A DNA stretch of 64,000 nucleotides, taken from contig JAHQWK010000012.1 of assembly GCA_029856145.1 (NCBI GenBank), forward strand, positions 96,001-160,000, read 5' to 3'. Shown here in pieces: positions 61,833 through 64,000 of this stretch. This DNA comes from Promethearchaeia archaeon. Lineage in GTDB: Archaea; Asgardarchaeota; Lokiarchaeia; Sigyniarchaeales; SOKP01. The stretch's first letter is position 1. The number at the start of each line of letters is the position of its first letter. A program made the position numbers and the translations under genes. Under the pieces are notes generated by a model. It was not told the origin of the DNA and ran no database searches. It worked only from the letters and a program-made list of their open reading frames with translations.

Positions 61833-63344
61833 TTGTACATTAAATCTCTTCCATCAAAATTAAGATCTACTGAAGAATTTGCTTTAGAAGTATTGGATAA
61901 TCCAGAATATGATAAATTCCCCCAATATGTAAATAAAAATGACATCCAAAAAGCTTTTGATGAGTTTGGGTATAAACTTAATCCGTATAATTCCACGATT
62001 TATGCTAATAGTTTAGGGTCTCCAAATATAGAAGGTCGTTTCTTATCAAAAAATATTCCTGAAATTGAATCTATTGTCATTGATAAAGCTATCACAGAGG
62101 AAAATATTAAAGAAATAATTGATAAATCAGATGATATCACTCATATAGGCTTAAGTATATATGCTCATAGATTAGAAAATGCCATTAAAATAATTGAAGT
62201 TATTAACAAGAATTACCCCGAGCTAGAGTTATTTATAGGAGGTACTGGGACATTATTTGAAAGATTAAGCAAACTAGTTCATAAAAAAAACATTTGTACT
62301 GGGAATGGAATTGTTTGGTTAAGAAAGAAATTTGGATTATCTCAACTAAAAATAAGAGATTATAAGATTTCTACTGTAATCATGAATACTCGGATATTAC
62401 CCATAAATATTAAAACAGCTTATATGGTAACTCAAATTGGTTGTCCATATAATTGTGATTTCTGTACTACATCAAAACAGTTGCAATATTTACCATTTTC
62501 AAAGTCAGAAGTTATTATAGAAAACTTGAGAAATTTATTAGAAATGGATCGAAGGGATAAATTTTTATATTTATGTGAACCCAATGCATGTTTTCCTGAA
62601 CGAGATTGGAATGAAGTATTTAATTATTTTATTAACTATAAGGGAAGTTATGATAATTATTTGTATATTATTTGTCTGATTTCATTAAATCACTTAAAGA
62701 ATTTTAACCTCAGATTAATACAAGAAAAATGTCGAATTAAATTTCTTATGGTAAATTTTGGCATTGAATCAACACTTAAAGGAGGTTATGAAAAAAATCG
62801 TGGTATATCCAAGGATTATATTAAAAATTTGTCTGATCTTGGAATTATTACCAACCATAATTTTATTCTTGGATTACCTTATCATACAAATAAAAATATT
62901 GATTTAGAAATAAAAGGAAACCTTGAGTATAATTCTAATATATATTTCATTTCAACACTTAAAACATTGCCTCGAACTTATTTGTACGAACTCCTTAAAA
63001 AAGATGGACGCCTTTTTGGAGATGATTTACCTGCTGAGTTAGTTTATCAAGATGGATTTTTTACTTTTAATCATAAAGCACTTGGAGGAGGATTTTCTGC
63101 ACTCAAATATGCGTTTAAAGCATATAATGAAGTTGAAAAAAATGTTATTGATGTATACTCAAATATGGCTGAAACTTTATTTAAGTCTCCTATTGCTGAT
63201 AATTCATCTTTTTTAAAAAAAATAATTAAGATATTATTAAACCTTAGTAATCACAACTTTAAACTCTTTGAACCAAGAATGCCAAGAACGCTTTCTAATA
63301 TATTCCGTGCCAAAACCCAAATGTTAATCAAAAATCTTCAATGA
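61833..63344 (+). CDS. radical SAM protein with B12-binding-like N-terminal domain
   Basis: IGLS, FIGG, GCPYNCDFC, FGIES, FILGLP. Confidence 0.85.
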   Translation: MYIKSLPSKLRSTEEFALEVLDNPEYDKFPQYVNKNDIQKAFDEFGYKLNPYNSTIYANSLGSPNIEGRFLSKNIPEIESIVIDKAITEENIKEIIDKSDDITHIGLSIYAHRLENAIKIIEVINKNYPELELFIGGTGTLFERLSKLVHKKNICTGNGIVWLRKKFGLSQLKIRDYKISTVIMNTRILPINIKTAYMVTQIGCPYNCDFCTTSKQLQYLPFSKSEVIIENLRNLLEMDRRDKFLYLCEPNACFPERDWNEVFNYFINYKGSYDNYLYIICLISLNHLKNFNLRLIQEKCRIKFLMVNFGIESTLKGGYEKNRGISKDYIKNLSDLGIITNHNFILGLPYHTNKNIDLEIKGNLEYNSNIYFISTLKTLPRTYLYELLKKDGRLFGDDLPAELVYQDGFFTFNHKALGGGFSALKYAFKAYNEVEKNVIDVYSNMAETLFKSPIADNSSFLKKIIKILLNLSNHNFKLFEPRMPRTLSNIFRAKTQMLIKNLQ

Positions 63345-63353
63345 TGAATAGAT

Positions 63354-63968
63354 TCATTTTAAATATATAGAATTCTCGAACTCCTCATATTCAAGTTTTG
63401 ATTCATTAAAAATTATTTTTATAATATTATATTCTGTTGTATGCTTTTCAATTAATAGCTGAAAAGATAATTTAGATTCATTAATGTGAGTAATCCATCT
63501 TAATTTATTAAATAGCTTTAATAATTTAAGCTTAAACTCTCTTGGTTTTATCCATTTGTTTAAATCATCAATTATTTCCCTTATTAGCTTTAAACCATCT
63601 TCAATATTTTTAAAAGAAATTAAAGGAAGGTTGGACTCATTAATTCTTACCCATAAATGTAAATCCTCCTCATCCTCTAAGATCTTATTAAAATTTGTAA
63701 AATATGCTGTATTATACTCAAAAAGCTTTATTCTATCCTCTAAAGCGGGAGCATCCACTTTGAATAACTCTGTCGATCCAAAGTCCATTCTAGTATAATT
63801 GTTAGAATGAGTTATTCTATCAATTTTAATACCTAAAAATCCCAAAATGCCAGCAATACACTTAGAAAAATCATAATGCATATCAGGATAAATTCCAAAA
63901 TATTGAAATATGTATTTATTTCCACTACGCTCAATCATCACATCCTTAGTGGTATTATTATTAATCAT
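63354..63968 (-). CDS. hypothetical protein
   Basis: 204-aa ORF. Confidence 0.5.
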   Translation of the reverse strand: MINNNTTKDVMIERSGNKYIFQYFGIYPDMHYDFSKCIAGILGFLGIKIDRITHSNNYTRMDFGSTELFKVDAPALEDRIKLFEYNTAYFTNFNKILEDEEDLHLWVRINESNLPLISFKNIEDGLKLIREIIDDLNKWIKPREFKLKLLKLFNKLRWITHINESKLSFQLLIEKHTTEYNIIKIIFNESKLEYEEFENSIYLK

Positions 63969-64000
63969 AAAGTTTTTAAACCTATTTAAAGTGATAATAG

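Noticed and set aside
12050-63798. Many short ORFs in the track that overlap longer genes (e.g. 13110-13418, 26859-27404, 28882-29244, 36566-36943, 55475-55732)
   Set aside because: Antisense or alternate-frame shadows of well-supported genes, with no motifs of their own
1-64000. CRISPR arrays, rRNA genes, transposases and integrases
   Set aside because: No regularly spaced repeats, rRNA-like GC-rich segments or transposase/integrase motifs were seen

Overview
AT-rich archaeal chromosomal segment. Gene content points to an Asgard archaeon of the Lokiarchaeia/Promethearchaeia type (inference from longin-like domains, Hdr, Fwd, ADP-forming acetate-CoA ligase and an intron-containing tRNA). The core is a ~17 kb hydrogenase locus: cooC-like, hypC, vhuG-vhuA-vhuU-hdrC-hdrB, a divergent tusA-yeeE-dsrE-dsrF-dsrH-hypE operon, hypD and hypF. 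Two genes missed by the ORF track were read by hand. One is a 48-aa selenoprotein VhuU (25044-25190, minus, in-frame TGA in RCFDC-U-LSCAAH) that completes the split [NiFeSe] large subunit and is followed by a SECIS-like structure. The other is a tRNA-Cys(GCA) with two introns (37/38 and 59/60). The small hydrogenase subunit has a duplicated 8-Cys Fe-S module, and its operon carries hdrBC but no hdrA or mvhD, suggesting an unusual H2-to-(per)sulfide electron wire. The window also holds a second hdrCBA operon, two convergent purF paralogues, a CUB-TM-longin-wHTH receptor-like protein, two toxin-antitoxin pairs, a PAS histidine kinase and a candidate structured ncRNA. All calls come from manual motif recognition; no database searches or folding programs were run.
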